A stretch of 64,000 nt of DNA from Octopus sinensis (lineage: Eukaryota). The DNA is taken from NCBI RefSeq assembly GCF_006345805.1, contig NC_042999.1, positions 13,702,001 through 13,766,000 of the forward strand. The letters run 5' to 3'. The position numbers were made by a program, and so were the translations under genes. Below the pieces are notes generated by a model. The model ran no database searches, was not told the DNA's origin, and saw only the letters and a list, made by a program, of their open reading frames with translations. Below, piece by piece: positions 1 to 12,159 of this stretch; positions within the stretch are counted from its first letter, which is position 1; each line of letters begins with the position of its first letter.

Positions 1-167
1 CAGGATGTGGCTAACGACAATCATATGAGCAGTAATTAATCAAAATTAGAGATACTCGTGACATGACAACTCTCTTTATCATGAATGAAACTTAATGGAC
101 AGCATGCCTCTTGGCTGTCTCTTGCACACACACACACACACATAATATCATGTTGTATTGTATGCAT

Positions 168-500
168 GTGAAGGCACATGGCTTAGTGGTTACGGTATTA
201 AGCTGACAAACAAAGTCATGAGTTCAAATCCCAGCAGCACAATGTGTCCCTGAGCAAGACCCTTTATTTCACGTCGTTCCTGTCTACACACCAGACAGAA
301 ATGGGTTGAACCTGTATTTCAAAGGGGCCAACCTTGTTATCTTCCATGTCACCACCTTGAATCTCATTGAGAACTACATTAAGGGTACACGGGTCTGTGG
401 TGTACTCAACCACTTGCACATTAATTTCAAGAGCAGGTTGTTCCGTTGATCGGATCAAGTGCGACCCCTGTTGTTGAAACTGACAGAGTTCCCACAGATT
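168..500 (+). mobile_element. Degenerate tRNA-derived SINE (family B-like head)
   Basis: A-box-like TGGCTTAGTGG and B-box-like GAGTTCAAATCCC followed by gtgtccctgagcaagac...tttcacg, as in the copies at 17106 and 33155. Confidence 0.6.
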
Positions 501-677
501 ATGTGCACAGGCAAGCTGATGCCAGAGTGTTAATCCTTTTCTAATCTTCATATTTTGGTAAATATTGTAGTTCCACTCATTCTCTGAGATTTCTTACCAT
601 CACTGCTGCAAGACCTCATTAATAATTGCAGCAGGAGTGGCATTTAACTGTTCAGCATCATTTCTTTTTTCAGTGGG

Positions 678-681
678 AGAT

Positions 682-718
<37 letters not shown>

Positions 719-1005
719 TACATATATTTACACACACATCTGTACATATACAAACATACAAATATAAACGCACATAGATATACATACACACACACATATA
801 TATACAAAAATACTTATACACACACACACATATACATACACAAATACTTATACATACACACACACATATATATACATGCATATCTATACATATATATGAA
901 GATACACACACACACACACATTCATATATATATATATAAAGATACACACACACACACATTCATATATATATATATATATATATAGATACACACACACACA
1001 CATTC

Positions 1006-1039
<34 letters not shown>

Positions 1040-1268
1040 ATACATACACATACATATCTATACACATAGACACATAATAACACATCTACATCAAGATATA
1101 TATACACACACATTTATAACATTTATTAAAAGTCACTCCCATGTTTATCTTCTTTTCATGTTTACTCCCTAGGATATATATATATATGTATGCGTGTGTG
1201 TGTGTATATGTATGTATATATATATATGTGTGTGTATATATATATATGTGTGTGTGTGTATATGTATG

Positions 1269-1317
<49 letters not shown>

Positions 1318-1410
1318 ATATATATATATATATACATATATACATACATATACATACATACATAGACACACATGCAAACAGACAGATACATACATGTGTG
1401 TGAGAGAGAG
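678..1410. repeat. Compound (CA)n/(TA)n/(TG)n microsatellite block
   Basis: Directly visible; CA/TA-rich half 678-1110, TG/TA-rich half 1175-1410. Confidence 0.95.
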
Positions 1411-1479
1411 TGAAAAGTTCTAAATATGACAGCAGAACAACAAATAGAAATTCTAAGAGTCAACCGAATGAATACAAAA

Positions 1480-1830
1480 CTCTATTCCCATCTTTGAAAT
1501 GTCTGATATATAGAAAAGGTGAAAGCTTCTCAACCATGCACCCGCTGCAAACTGCAGGTGCACAAGAGATGCAGTGAGATCACAAACAGGCCAAGAGACA
1601 AGTGGTGCTTGGCAAGAAGATATATGCCGAAGTAGTGAAAGGAATTCTTTCAACTGCAAAAATGGTCTCCTGTCCATATTTGGCAGCTTCTGTGATGAAG
1701 CTGGGGCAGTGGATGTTCCAAAAGAATGGTAACCAGGATAAGAACAGGATGGAGAGGTATTCAGGAAGCTATCATCTCTGCTGCTTACACAGAAGTTCTC
1801 TTTCCAGTTGAAGGCCAGACTGTAATATAA
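1480..1830 (+). mobile_element. RTE-clade LINE remnant (Cys-rich segment and post-RT region), frameshifted
   Basis: Hand translation across frameshifts gives LFPSLKCLIYRKG, CTRCKLQVHKRCSEITNR, GSGCSKRMVTRIRTGW and FRKLSSLLLTQKFSFQLKARL, matching the recalled RTE pattern C..C.L..HKRCS...RIR.GW.KFREL.PLL...FSL..KGRLY. Confidence 0.75.
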
Positions 1831-2109
1831 GTTAATGTACTTTTTAGGTTTTAGTTTTCATTTGTCTGTTATTAGATTGTGGCAATGCAAGAGTACAACC
1901 TTGAAGAATTTTTAGTCAAATGAATCAACCCCCAGTACTTATTTGAATTTTTTAAACCATAGTACTTATTCTATTGGTGTCTTTGCCCTACTATTAAGTC
2001 ACGGGGATGTAAACACACCAACAACAGTTGTTAGGCAGTGGTGGGAGACAAATACAGACACACATTATTATATGTCTATATATATATATATATATATAAT
2101 ATATATGTG

Positions 2110-2295
2110 TGTGTACCGTTGGCGATTTTTTTTCCTCCGTCTTCCCTTCTTTGGATCTTTCCTTTTCCTATATTTCTAACGAAGAGCTCCGCTCGAAACG
2201 TTAAACCCTCCTTCTCTCCTGAGCATCCAATAACACAATACTTGTTCCACGTCCTTGCGTTGTTGTGTTTTCTCTTTGTGTTTTCATGTTTGGAT

Positions 2296-2298
<3 letters not shown>
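2110..2298 (+). mobile_element. Penelope-like element terminal fragment ending in (TA)n, with hammerhead-like motif
   Basis: Pyrimidine-rich fragment containing ttt-CTAACGA-a-GAGC-tcc-GCTC-GAAAC-GTT-aaa and running into a (TA)n tract. Confidence 0.55.
2172..2206 (+). ncRNA. Decayed minimal type I hammerhead ribozyme motif
   Basis: Core CTAACGA (canonical CUGANGA with G5 changed to A), 4-bp stem II GAGC/GCTC, GAAAC then GTT (palindromic AACGTT stem III), 3-bp stem I ttt/aaa. Confidence 0.55.
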
Positions 2299-2345
<47 letters not shown>

Positions 2346-2704
2346 ATATATATACATACACACATAGGGTTATGACAGGTAATGGTGTCAGTAAGACCCA
2401 AAGGTGTCAGGTAATGCTGGGTAAGTGTTATGGATATAATAAATACCCTGGAAACAGCTGTAAGACCTATTTATAAGTGTTCTAAAATCTTCACAGCCTT
2501 TGTTTTTTATCTTATTCTGAAAAAAAAATTATATATGTGTGTGTGTGTATGATGGGCTGTTTTTAATTTCTATCTACCAAATCTACCAACAAGACTTTGG
2601 TCAACCTGAGACCAAAATAGAAAACATGACATTTGCCCAAAGTGCCACACAGCAGAATTGAAACCCAGAACCATGTGGTTGGAAAGCAAGCTTCTCACTA
2701 TACA

Positions 2705-3060
2705 ACAAGGTAGCGAAACAAAGGCTTTGAATATTCAGGATGTGTGACAACTAGAAAGAAGTGAGAGAACCAAGCTTGGCTGGATGTGTTACTTTTAGCG
2801 TTCATAATAGATGAAGCACAAATAAGTCAAGTGAAAATCTGAGTAATAAAGGAATTAGTTGTTATGTGTGAGAGAACAGTTTTGTGTGAGTATAGACATA
2901 TGACGTGTATAGACCGTAACAGTTGGCTTAACGAAGTACTGGAGCAATCCAAGTAGAAGTTACCTACAGACGAGGAAGACCAGGGGAAATATGGAACAGG
3001 GTGAACTCAGGGTTCTGAAACTCATAAGGAGATAACAAAGGGTTGGAAGCAAGTAGCGAG
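2705..3060 (+). mobile_element. RTE-clade LINE remnant, C-terminal part; probably the continuation of 1480-1830
   Basis: Decayed reading (G)SETKALNIQDV*QLERSERTKLGWMC ... IQVEVTYRRGRPGEIW resembles RTE GSETW.L....LER.E..MLRWMC ... VEG..RRGRP.KTW. Same strand and collinear with the upstream piece. Confidence 0.65.
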
Positions 3061-3063
3061 ATG

Positions 3064-3156
3064 CTTTTGCCGAACTGCTAAGTTACGGGGACGTAAACAC
3101 ACCAGAATCGGTTGTCAAGCGATGTTGGGGGGGACAAACACAGACATATACACACA

Positions 3157-3206
<50 letters not shown>

Positions 3207-3387
3207 TATATACACACATATATACGATGGGCTTCTTTCAGTTTCTGTCCAGCAAATCCACTCACAAGGCATTGGTCGGCCCGAGGCTATAGTAGAAGAC
3301 ACTTGCCCAAGGTGCCACGCAGTGGGATTGAACACGGAATCATGTGGTTCGTAAGCAAGCTACTTACAACACAGCCACTCCTGCGCC
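3064..3387 (-). mobile_element. SINE family A (tRNA-derived head, central (TA)n/(TG)n), 3' truncated
   Basis: Reverse complement of ggcgcaggagtggctgtgt..gtaagtagcttgcttac..ccacatg.ttccg.gttcaatcccactgcgtggcaccttgggcaagtgtcttctactatag; more than 20 related copies in the window. Confidence 0.9.
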
Positions 3388-4287
3388 TATAATTGATGCT
3401 GTGCTGGAGAAAATTCATACAAATTATACAAGTATTGAATCCAGGAATATAATATTGATGGTGGATCTTGTTGTCATCATGGTTGTCGTTGACATAAACA
3501 TCATAAACAGGATATTATATGTATTGTAGTCCTGAAATATCTTAAATAACATATAATCCAGCAATATCCAGCCCAAATATTCCATGTGCTTTAGGTTGAA
3601 ACTGACCAGATCCAACCTTTCACACCTACCCTACAATGCCATTTTTTAAAAACTTACAAATACACCATTTAAATCTTGAAGCCAAAAGATTAAAGTGTGA
3701 TGACTCAAAAGACTGAATAAATAAGAAATACATTTGACAAAGAAATCTGAATGCTAATAACTTTTTCATTATGGACTTACATGAAAAATAAATTTCATTT
3801 TTATAATTAGTATACAAAACTTAATTCATACACCAAATTTGAAAACAATTGGAACTAAACTGTAGACAAGGACCAAAACCACAAAGATCACATTTCCTCG
3901 CTGTTTCATTTGGATTTCTTTCCAATGTCACCTTCATCCATTTTACAAGAATATCTCAGCTTAGTTTATCTGATGTAATGCAAGCCCAATTCTATTCATA
4001 AATTTCATGCTCCACCCAGTTAACGTATATAAGATTTGAGATATGTTACATCTACTTGTTTACAAAGCTTTTGTTCTATTTGAATGAATGACAAGTTCAT
4101 TCATGCATAACACACATATCCAAGTCCATAAATCTTACTCTAATTTCACATACATGGTGACAATATATCATGCAAAACTTATTTCTAGCTTTTTCTCAGC
4201 TGATTCATTTCATTTCTACCAGTAGCTCACGTAGCATTACTAACAAAGAAAAGCCCTCTCTCATTGTTACAATTTTTACACGCTCTC

Positions 4288-5390
4288 ATCATCATCATCA
4301 TCATCATTAATGTCTGCTTTCCATGCTAGGATGGGTTGGACGATTTTGACTGAGGGCTGGCGAACCAGATGGCTGCACCAGGCTCACGATTTTGACTGAG
4401 GGCTGGCGAACCAGATGGCTGCACCAGGCTCATGATTTTGACTGAGGGCTGGCAAACCAGATGGCTGCACCAGGCTCATGATTTTGACTGAGGGCTGGCG
4501 AACCAGATGGCTGCACCAGGCTCACGATTCTGACTGCGGGCTGGCAAACCAGATGGCTGCACCAGGCTCACAATTTTGACTGAGGGCTGGCGAACCAGAT
4601 GGCTGCACCAGGCTCATGATTTTGACTGAGGGCTGGCGAACCAGATGGCTGCACCAGGCTCATGATTTTGACTGAGAGCTGGCAAACCAGATGGCTGCAC
4701 CAGGCTCATGATTTTGACTGAGGGCTGGCGAACCAGATGGCTGCACCAGGCTCATGATTTTGACTGAGGGCTGGCGAACCAGATGGCTGCACCAGGCTCA
4801 CAATTTTGACTGAGGGCTGGTGAACCAGATGGCTGCACCAGGCTCACGATTTTGTCTGAGGGCTGGTGAACCAGATGGCTGCACCAGGCTCACAATTTTG
4901 ACTGAGGGCTGGCGAACCAGATGGCTGCACCAGGCTCACAATTTTGACTGAGGGCTGGCGAACCAGATGGCTGCACCAGGCTCACGATTTTGACTGAGGG
5001 CTGTCAAACCAGATGGCTGCACCAGGCTCATGATTTTGACTGAGGGCTGGCGAACCAGATGGCTGCACCAGGCTCACGATTTTGACTGAGAGCTGGCGAA
5101 CCAGATGGCTGCACCAGGCTCACGATTTTGACTGAGGGCTGGCGAACCAGATGGCTGCACCAGGCTCACAATTTTGACTGAGGGCTGGCGAACCAGATGG
5201 CTGCAACAGGCTCACGATTTTGACTGAGGGCTGGCGAACCAGATGGCTGCACCAGGCTCCAATCTTGATCTGGCAGAGTTTCTACAGCTGAATGTCCTTC
5301 CTAACACCAACCACTCCGAGAGTGTAGTGGGTGCTTTTTACGTACCACCGGCATGGGGGCCAGTAAGGCGGTACTGGCAACGACCTCACT
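4288..5390 (-). mobile_element. SINE family D copy ((CAT)n-tailed) with internal minisatellite expansion
   Basis: (CAT)n tail, ttaatgtctgctttccatgctaggatgggttgga, then the array, then ccaatcttgatctggcagagtttctacagctg...gtgcttttta, as in unexpanded copies at 7894, 50910 and 61675. Confidence 0.9.
4341..5258. repeat. Minisatellite, about 20 tandem copies of a 46-bp unit
   Basis: Unit cacgattttgactgagggctggcgaaccagatggctgcaccaggct; period 46 (4341, 4387, ...); 918 bp / 46 = about 20 copies; minor variants cacgat/catgat/cacaat and gcga/gcaa/gtga. Confidence 0.95.
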
Positions 5391-5636
5391 CAAATCTCTC
5401 TTCAGCATATTGAATAATACACAGCTGAAAACAAATGTCATGATCTGATATTTAGGTACAGATGCGGCTACATCATAAGACATTTGCTTCTAAACCACAT
5501 GGTCCCAGGTTCAATTCCACTACATGGCACTTTGGGCAAGTGTCTTCTACTGTAACCCGAGATCAACCGTAGCCTTGTGAGTGGATTTGATTGATGGGAA
5601 CTGTGGAAACTGAAAGAAGCCCTTAGTACATATATT

Positions 5637-5962
5637 CTTCTACTTACTTGTACTTGTGACGGCGTTCACCCAGGGTGGGTTGAGCCGGATTCTTCTCAGG
5701 TCCTAACGGGATCACGAACCATGGCGGCCCACGTTCGACGGTCCCGTGCGACGTCACTGGAGATAGCAAGCCATTCGCGGTTCCATCTGCGCAGACCGAC
5801 CACCAGCGAACCTGAGAGTTCGGAGAGGTCCTCCTTTATCGTTGTTGCCCAGGTCTTCAGCTGCCAGTCCGTGCGTTTGCGCCAGCTGGGGAGTGGAGGT
5901 GGGAGGAGGACATTGCGAATCAGCTCACCCTCTGGACGCCGGGCCGCATGACCAAACCACCT
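5637..5962 (-). mobile_element. RTE-type LINE 3' end with CAAGTA-type tail
   Basis: ORF 5696-5971 gives RWFGHAARRPEGELIRNVLLPPPLPSWRKRTDWQLKTWATTIKEDL...DRRTWAAMVRD, a typical RTE C-terminus, followed by ...cacaagtacaagtaagta. Confidence 0.85.
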
Positions 5963-6512
5963 TTGTTTCATATATTAATGCATTTATGTTTGTGTCTCTT
6001 TCTCCTGACGCTGCTTGATAGTCGTAAATGAGCGTCACTGTCATACAAGCAGTGTCATTCATTTCAAATTTTCTGCGAAAACGAGCTTTGCCATGGGGAA
6101 ATATTACCTTGCTTGAAAACAAACAAGTGAGGGTTAGCAGCAGGAAAGGCATCTGGCTTTAGAAAATCTACCTCAATAAAATCCATCCGATTCATGCAAG
6201 CATGGAAGAAATGGGTGTTCAAATGAGGGTAAGCTTGTGTCTCTAGTGCTCATCTTTTTAAATTTTTTGTCTTTTATTTTTGTTTCAGTCATTTGGCTAC
6301 AGCCATGCTGGAGCACCGCCTTGAGGAATTTTTAGTCAAATGAATCGACCCCCGGCACATATATTTATTTTTTTACAAGCTTGGTACTTATTCTACTGAT
6401 CCGTTTTGCTGAACTGCTAAGTTACAGCAGGGACATAAATACATCAACAGTGGTTGTCAAGTGGTGGTGGTGAGGAACAGATACACACAAATATATATCA
6501 CTCTTTTTTTTC

Positions 6513-6902
6513 ACTCTTTTTACTTGTTTCAGTCATTTGACTGCGGCCATGCTGGAGCACCGCCTTTAGTCGAGCAAATTGACCCCAGGACTTATTCTTT
6601 GGAAGCCTAGTACTTATTCTATCGGTCTCTTTCGCCATACCGCTAAGTTATGGGGATGCAAACACACCAGCATTGGTTGTCAAGCGATGTTGGGGAGACA
6701 AGCACAGACACAGACACACATATATATATATACATATATACGACGGGCTTCATTCAGTTTCCGTCTACCAAATCCACTCACAAGGCTTTGGTCAGCCCGA
6801 GGCTATAGTAGAAGACACTTGCCCAAGGTGCCACACAGTGGGATTGAACCCGGAACCATGGGGTTGGTAAACAAGCTACTTACCACACAGCCACTCCTGC
6901 AC
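6513..6902 (-). mobile_element. SINE family A, full length
   Basis: Head, central TA tract and 3' half ending ...gactgaaacaagtaaaaagagt on the minus strand. Confidence 0.9.
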
Positions 6903-6903
6903 T

Positions 6904-6936
<33 letters not shown>

Positions 6937-7657
6937 GTATATATAGTGGCATACTCCGGATGAATGGTAACAGTAATCCGTAGGTGTAAAAATCCAGGAA
7001 TTGGTTATCCAAGTCAGTCAGACACCAGGCTTCTTTCAGTTTCCATCAACCAAATCCATCCACTCACAAGGCTTCGGTCAGCCTAAGATGCCCAAAACAC
7101 TCACCCAAGACACAATGCAGTGGGACGGAACCCAGAACCATGTGGCTGTGAGACAAGCTACTTACCACACAGCCATGTGTGGTTTAGTTACTTCTGCTTT
7201 GTCTCAGAGAATTAATTTTTTTTTCATGCAACTACCCAAAAATCTGCTGTCGGTACTGAAGCAACACTGATGCAAGAATTTTAGACAGACATGAGCAATA
7301 TAACATGTACATCAGAGTCGAGTTTGTTTCGTGGGAGAATCAGGTTCTGCTTGGGCAATTATCTGTGTTTTTGCACTCGATGTCACCCACACACATTTGG
7401 CTACAATGCTCATATTCATAGAGACTGACACAGCTAAGCTGGCCTACATAACTCATTTATTTGCTAGCATGTGTAGTGTAGCATAAAATGTGTGTGTATG
7501 TGTGTGTGTGTGTGTGCTGTGATTTTCATGTCCAGAACCAGATTTTGAAAGTAAATCACACACATGTTTTTTGTTATGTCTTTCGAATAAAAACTTGCAC
7601 CTTACCTATTAGAATATACACTGGATATCAGAACTAGCGAGCTGGAAGTCACCCGTA

Positions 7658-7863
7658 TTACACCTTTAGCATTCAGATAACATTGTCATATGGTTTTCAA
7701 TCAATCATGCATTATCATCTCACAGCTTTGAGATTTTCATGCTGTGAGTGTATATTTTTATGACATTGTAGGGTAGGTGTGAGTGACCGGATCTGGCTGG
7801 TTTAAATATAAACCAGGTAGAGTATTTGGGCCAGATATGCTGTTTTGAATACTAACAGGCTGA
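7658..7863. mobile_element. Degenerate piggyBac-like (TTAA-CCCTTTAG type) MITE
   Basis: Ends resemble TTAACCCTTTAGCATT...AATGCTAAAGGGTTAA; internal ctcacacctaccctacaatgtca motif shared with 8290-8445, 46193-46395 and 51340-51460. Confidence 0.5.
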
Positions 7864-7893
7864 CCCCTTATTGTTTAAATTACTCAGTCAAAT

Positions 7894-8290
7894 CATCATC
7901 ATCATCATTTAACGTCCGCTTTCCATGCTAGCATGGGTTGGACGATTTGACTGAGGTCTGGTGAACCAGATGGCTGTACCAGGCTTCAATCTTGATCTGG
8001 CAGAGTTTTTACAGCTGGATGCCCTTCCTAACACCAACCACTCCACGAGTGTAGTGGGTGCTTTTAGATACCACAGGCACGAGGGCCAGTTAGGCGGCGC
8101 TGGCAACGGCCACACTCAAATGGTATTTTTTACTTGGCACCTGCACAGGAGCCAGTCCAGCGGCATTGGCAATGACCTTGCTCGAATGTATTTTGACGTG
8201 CCACCGGCACAAGTGCCAGTGAGGCGATGCTGGTAACAATCATGCTCGAATGGTGCTTTGTATGTGCCACCGGCACGGAAGCCAGTCATG
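7894..8290 (-). mobile_element. SINE family D with internal GTGCC-NNN-GGCAC repeat array
   Basis: (CAT)n tail, conserved gtttttacagctggatgcccttcctaa core, several gtgcttt..gtgccaccggcac units. Confidence 0.85.
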
Positions 8291-8936
8291 TTTTGAATTA
8301 TCTTGTAGCTTTGAGATTTCAATCATATGATTGTTTGTTTTTAGACTGACATTGTAGGGTAGGTGTGAGAGACCAGATCTGTTTGGTCTGAACATAATGC
8401 AGACTATTTGGGCCAAGTGTAGCCAGTTTAAATACTAAAGGGCTACAACATGCCCAGTGTGCCCATTTCTCTTTCTCTTATTGCCCCTATTGTTTTACCC
8501 ATCAAACTATATATTAAGCATTTGCCTAGTCTTCTGTTTAAAACAGAACATCAACCACTCACAATTTCAACATTCTGAAGAAACTTCCAAAGGTCATGGA
8601 CAATATTATACCATGTCATATACACAGTTTAACAAAAGATTGTTATATACACATGTAATCCTTTGTATTCACAAGTCTCATCATCTTTATCATCATCATC
8701 ATTTTAAAGTTCACTTTTCTATGCTTGTAGGAGTTGGACGGTTTATTGGGGCAGATTTTATTCTCTCTGGCTAGAGGCCCTTTCTGTCACCAACCTTCAC
8801 CTATTTTCAAGCAAGGCCAGACATGTTTTTGCTAAATATAGAATGATGTCGCTTGTATAACAGTGGCACTCATTTACAACAAACAACAATCATATAATGA
8901 CAAGAAAAGACAACACAAACATATATCTCCACCCAG

Positions 8937-8983
<47 letters not shown>

Positions 8984-10011
8984 CATACAGAGTATATAAT
9001 GAAGACATCATAAAGAAGAATGGAGAATTATATATCTACAAAACTTGTTTATTACTCTCATTAAATTCACATTAGATTCCAATCTAATGATGGGCTTCTT
9101 TCAGTTTCCATCTACCAAATCCACTCAAACAGCTTTGGTCAGCCCATACCTAAAGCAGAATGCACTTGCCCCCAGGTGCCATGCAATGAGACTGAACCCA
9201 AATTCATGTGATTCATAAGCAAACTTCTGAACCATACAACCACACATGTATCCAATCAACTTATTTTTCAGCCTCACATTCAATGATATTTTATAAACCT
9301 CTTTATATGACACCAAAACAACCCTGGTGTTGCTTGCATTGGTTGTTGACCTTATTAAAAGCATGCTTAAGATGTTTTGCATCCACCACTACCAGAACAA
9401 AAAAAAAGGGAAAAAGTAAGAGATAAGGATGAGCTTGGTGGTCCAAAAGAGATAACAGGTTTATTTTTATTATGAGTTGATACTGAAGCTATACTAAAGA
9501 TTTGGCTGATGCCATATTTGCAACGACTGGAGGACATGTGCTTTAACGAAATTTGGAGATGATAATGAATAAATGTGGGAGGTACGATATATGTCTTCCT
9601 AATTCTACTAAATTTTATTTTACTTTTAAATAATCTAAGACTACACTTAACTGTATCATCATCATCATCATTTAACGTCCACTTTCCATGCTAGCATAGG
9701 TTAGACAGTCGGAGTGAGGACTGGCAAGCCAGAAGGCTGCACCAGGCTCCGGTCTGATCTGGCAGTGTTTCAACAGCTTGATGCCCTTCCTAATGCCAAC
9801 CACTCCATGAGTGTAGTGAGTTCTTTTTACGTGCCGAGGCTGGCAACGGCCATGATTGGTTGGTGCTTTTTACATACCACCAGCACGGAAGCCAGTCAAG
9901 GCAGCACTGGCATTGGCCACATTCGGATGAATCCAGAACTGTGTGGTTGGTAAGCAAACTACTCACTACACCCCCACTCCTATGCCGCGCTCTCTCTCTC
10001 TCTCTCTATAC

Positions 10012-10048
<37 letters not shown>

Positions 10049-10154
10049 TTAAATATAATAAGGGTGAAAATTGAATATTAATTTGATTAATATCAATTAA
10101 AAACCAGTGGTCTAGCATATTGAAAAATCTGAAGATTCAGAAAAATTACATTAC

Positions 10155-10396
10155 ATATATATAAGTGGGATGACCACTAAGTGGACATCCATTATGCTAG
10201 AAGTAGATCCCCTATGGTCTTACCACTAAGAAAGGATTGTTCTCAAGAAAATTTAGCAAACGCCAGCAAGACAAATGAAAAGATACAAAAGATACTAAAT
10301 TTTCTTGAGAACAATCCTTTCTTAATGGTAAGACCATAGTGGGTCTACTTCTAGCATAATGGATGTCCACCTAGTGGTCATCCCCCTTATATATAT
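10155..10396. repeat. Inverted repeat (about 100-bp arms, 38-bp spacer); MITE or foldback-like
   Basis: 10155-10256 is the near-perfect reverse complement of 10295-10396 (e.g. aagaaaggattgttctcaagaaaatttag / ctaaattttcttgagaacaatcctttctt); both outer ends lie in TA runs. Confidence 0.85.
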
Positions 10397-10709
10397 ATAA
10401 AGGCTATTTAGTCTTTGAAAATATCTATAATTCTTTGTACATATACGTCTTTCATTGTTATCTTTATTGTCGTTTAGCTATAGCTGGACAAATGATTCAA
10501 GCCTCCAAGCAATCAGGTAATGATGAATGTAAAGGTGAAAACATTGATTTCTTAGCATAAAATATTCAAAGAAAAATAACAGAAAAGAACCCAAAAGTAA
10601 ACACACATAAATAATAGCCAATGTCTTATGACATCAATATATAAAGGTAGGTGGAGGGGGAGGGGCAAAGAGGCAAATGTTTTGAAATGGTATTTGTAGC
10701 AATAACACT

Positions 10710-11020
10710 ATCATGATGATGATGATGGGGATGATGGTGGTGGTGATGGTGATTATTGGTGACGGAGATGATGGCGATGGTGGTGGTGGTGGTGATGATG
10801 GTGGAGGTGATGGTGATTATTGGTGATGGAGATGATGATAGTGGTGGTGGTGGTGGTGGTGGTGGTGGTGATGGTTGTGGTGGTAATGGTGGTGGTAGTG
10901 GTGATGATAATGGCAATGGTGATGATAGTGATGATGGTGGAGGTGATGATGATGGTGGTGGTGGTGATGGTGGTGGTGGTGGTGGTGATGAGGATGGCAA
11001 TGATGGTGAGGATCACTATC
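10710..11020. repeat. (GGT)/(GAT) trinucleotide microsatellite
   Basis: Directly visible; explains the poly-P/H/T/V/G ORFs. Confidence 0.95.
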
Positions 11021-11509
11021 ACCGCCCTCTCCGCCACATCTCACCTCATCCTCACAGTCACCGTCATCAGACGTTACGTTCTCTGAAAGCTTTTTTCCAT
11101 TGGAAGGCAAAACTTTCCCATCACCACAATAGATAACTTATTTTTGTCAAATCCAAATGCACGATGTTAGAAGCAACCTCTAAAGACTGCACCTAACTCT
11201 ACTGATCAATAACTATTACGGTTAATATTGGTTGATAGTGATTTAGTTTAATGACCCAGTTTTAGAGTAACAACCAGGTGTAATGGCCTCGCTTATTGAA
11301 CAATAAGCTGTATGAAATATACAGACGCTACAATCTCACCTTTTCGCGTTCCATTTCCTCGTAGCTCAGAGGGGCTTTTAACAACCAAAATATTAATTGC
11401 GGATTTTGGCAGAAGGCCACAAATTTATAGCGGGATGGATGGATGGATGGATGGAAGGAGTGTAGACGTGTGCACAGATATTCAGTTCATTATCCGATGT
11501 TTGTTTTAA

Positions 11510-11632
11510 TGAGACCACCACCACCAACGCCACCACCACCACCACCACCGCCACCACCACCACCACCACCACCACCACCACCACCACCAACGCCACCACC
11601 ACCAAAGCCACCGCCACCACCAAAGCCACCTC
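11510..11632. repeat. (CCA)n microsatellite
   Basis: Directly visible. Confidence 0.95.
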
Positions 11633-11767
11633 TGCACCCAACCCAGTAAGACGTCAGGAAAAAGTCAGCTCTGATGGAATTTGAACTGACTGACTTTGTG
11701 ACTAAAAAAAAAAAAACACTGGAAGCCAGCCATTCCTTCCAGTACTAAGTCAATCTACCAACAACCT

Positions 11768-11960
11768 ATTTGTTTCCAGTCATTAGACTGTGGCCATGCT
11801 AGGGCATCGCCTTGAAGCATTTTTAGTTAAATGAATTGACCTAAGTATGTATTTTTTTAAGCCTGTTACTTATTCTGTCATTCTCTAAGTTACAGGGACA
11901 TAAACACACCAACACTGGTTATCAAGTGGTGGCAGGGGACAAGTACAGACACAAAGAAAG

Positions 11961-11998
<38 letters not shown>

Positions 11999-12159
11999 GA
12001 TGGACTTCTTTCAGTTTCCTTCTACCAAATCTACTCACAAGGCTTTGGTTGGCCTGAGGCTACAGCAGAAGACACTCGCCCAAGGTGCCACGAAGTGGGA
12101 TTGAACATGGAACCATGATGGTGGGAACCAGACTTCTTACTACCCAGCCATGCTTGCAC
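11768..12159 (-). mobile_element. SINE family A, full length, diverged
   Basis: Same head and 3' half as 6513-6902 with a central (CA)n tract. Confidence 0.85.

Noticed and set aside
590-680. Possible minus-strand exon SPTEKRNDAEQLNATPAAIINEVLQQ with a nearby gtaag
   Set aside because: A stop precedes the donor, there is no acceptor (it runs into (TG)n), and there is no PDE similarity.
4341-5258. CRISPR array
   Set aside because: Units are contiguous with no unique spacers, derive from a SINE interior, and there are no cas genes; the DNA is eukaryotic.
10626-11136. Pro-, Gly-, His- and Thr-rich ORFs
   Set aside because: (GGT)/(GAT) microsatellite open in most frames; no splice or codon evidence.
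11330-11420. Possible minus-strand exon ending ...LSYEEMEREK|gtgaga
   Set aside because: No acceptor (it abuts a GGAT microsatellite) and no similarity to the expected PDE sequence.
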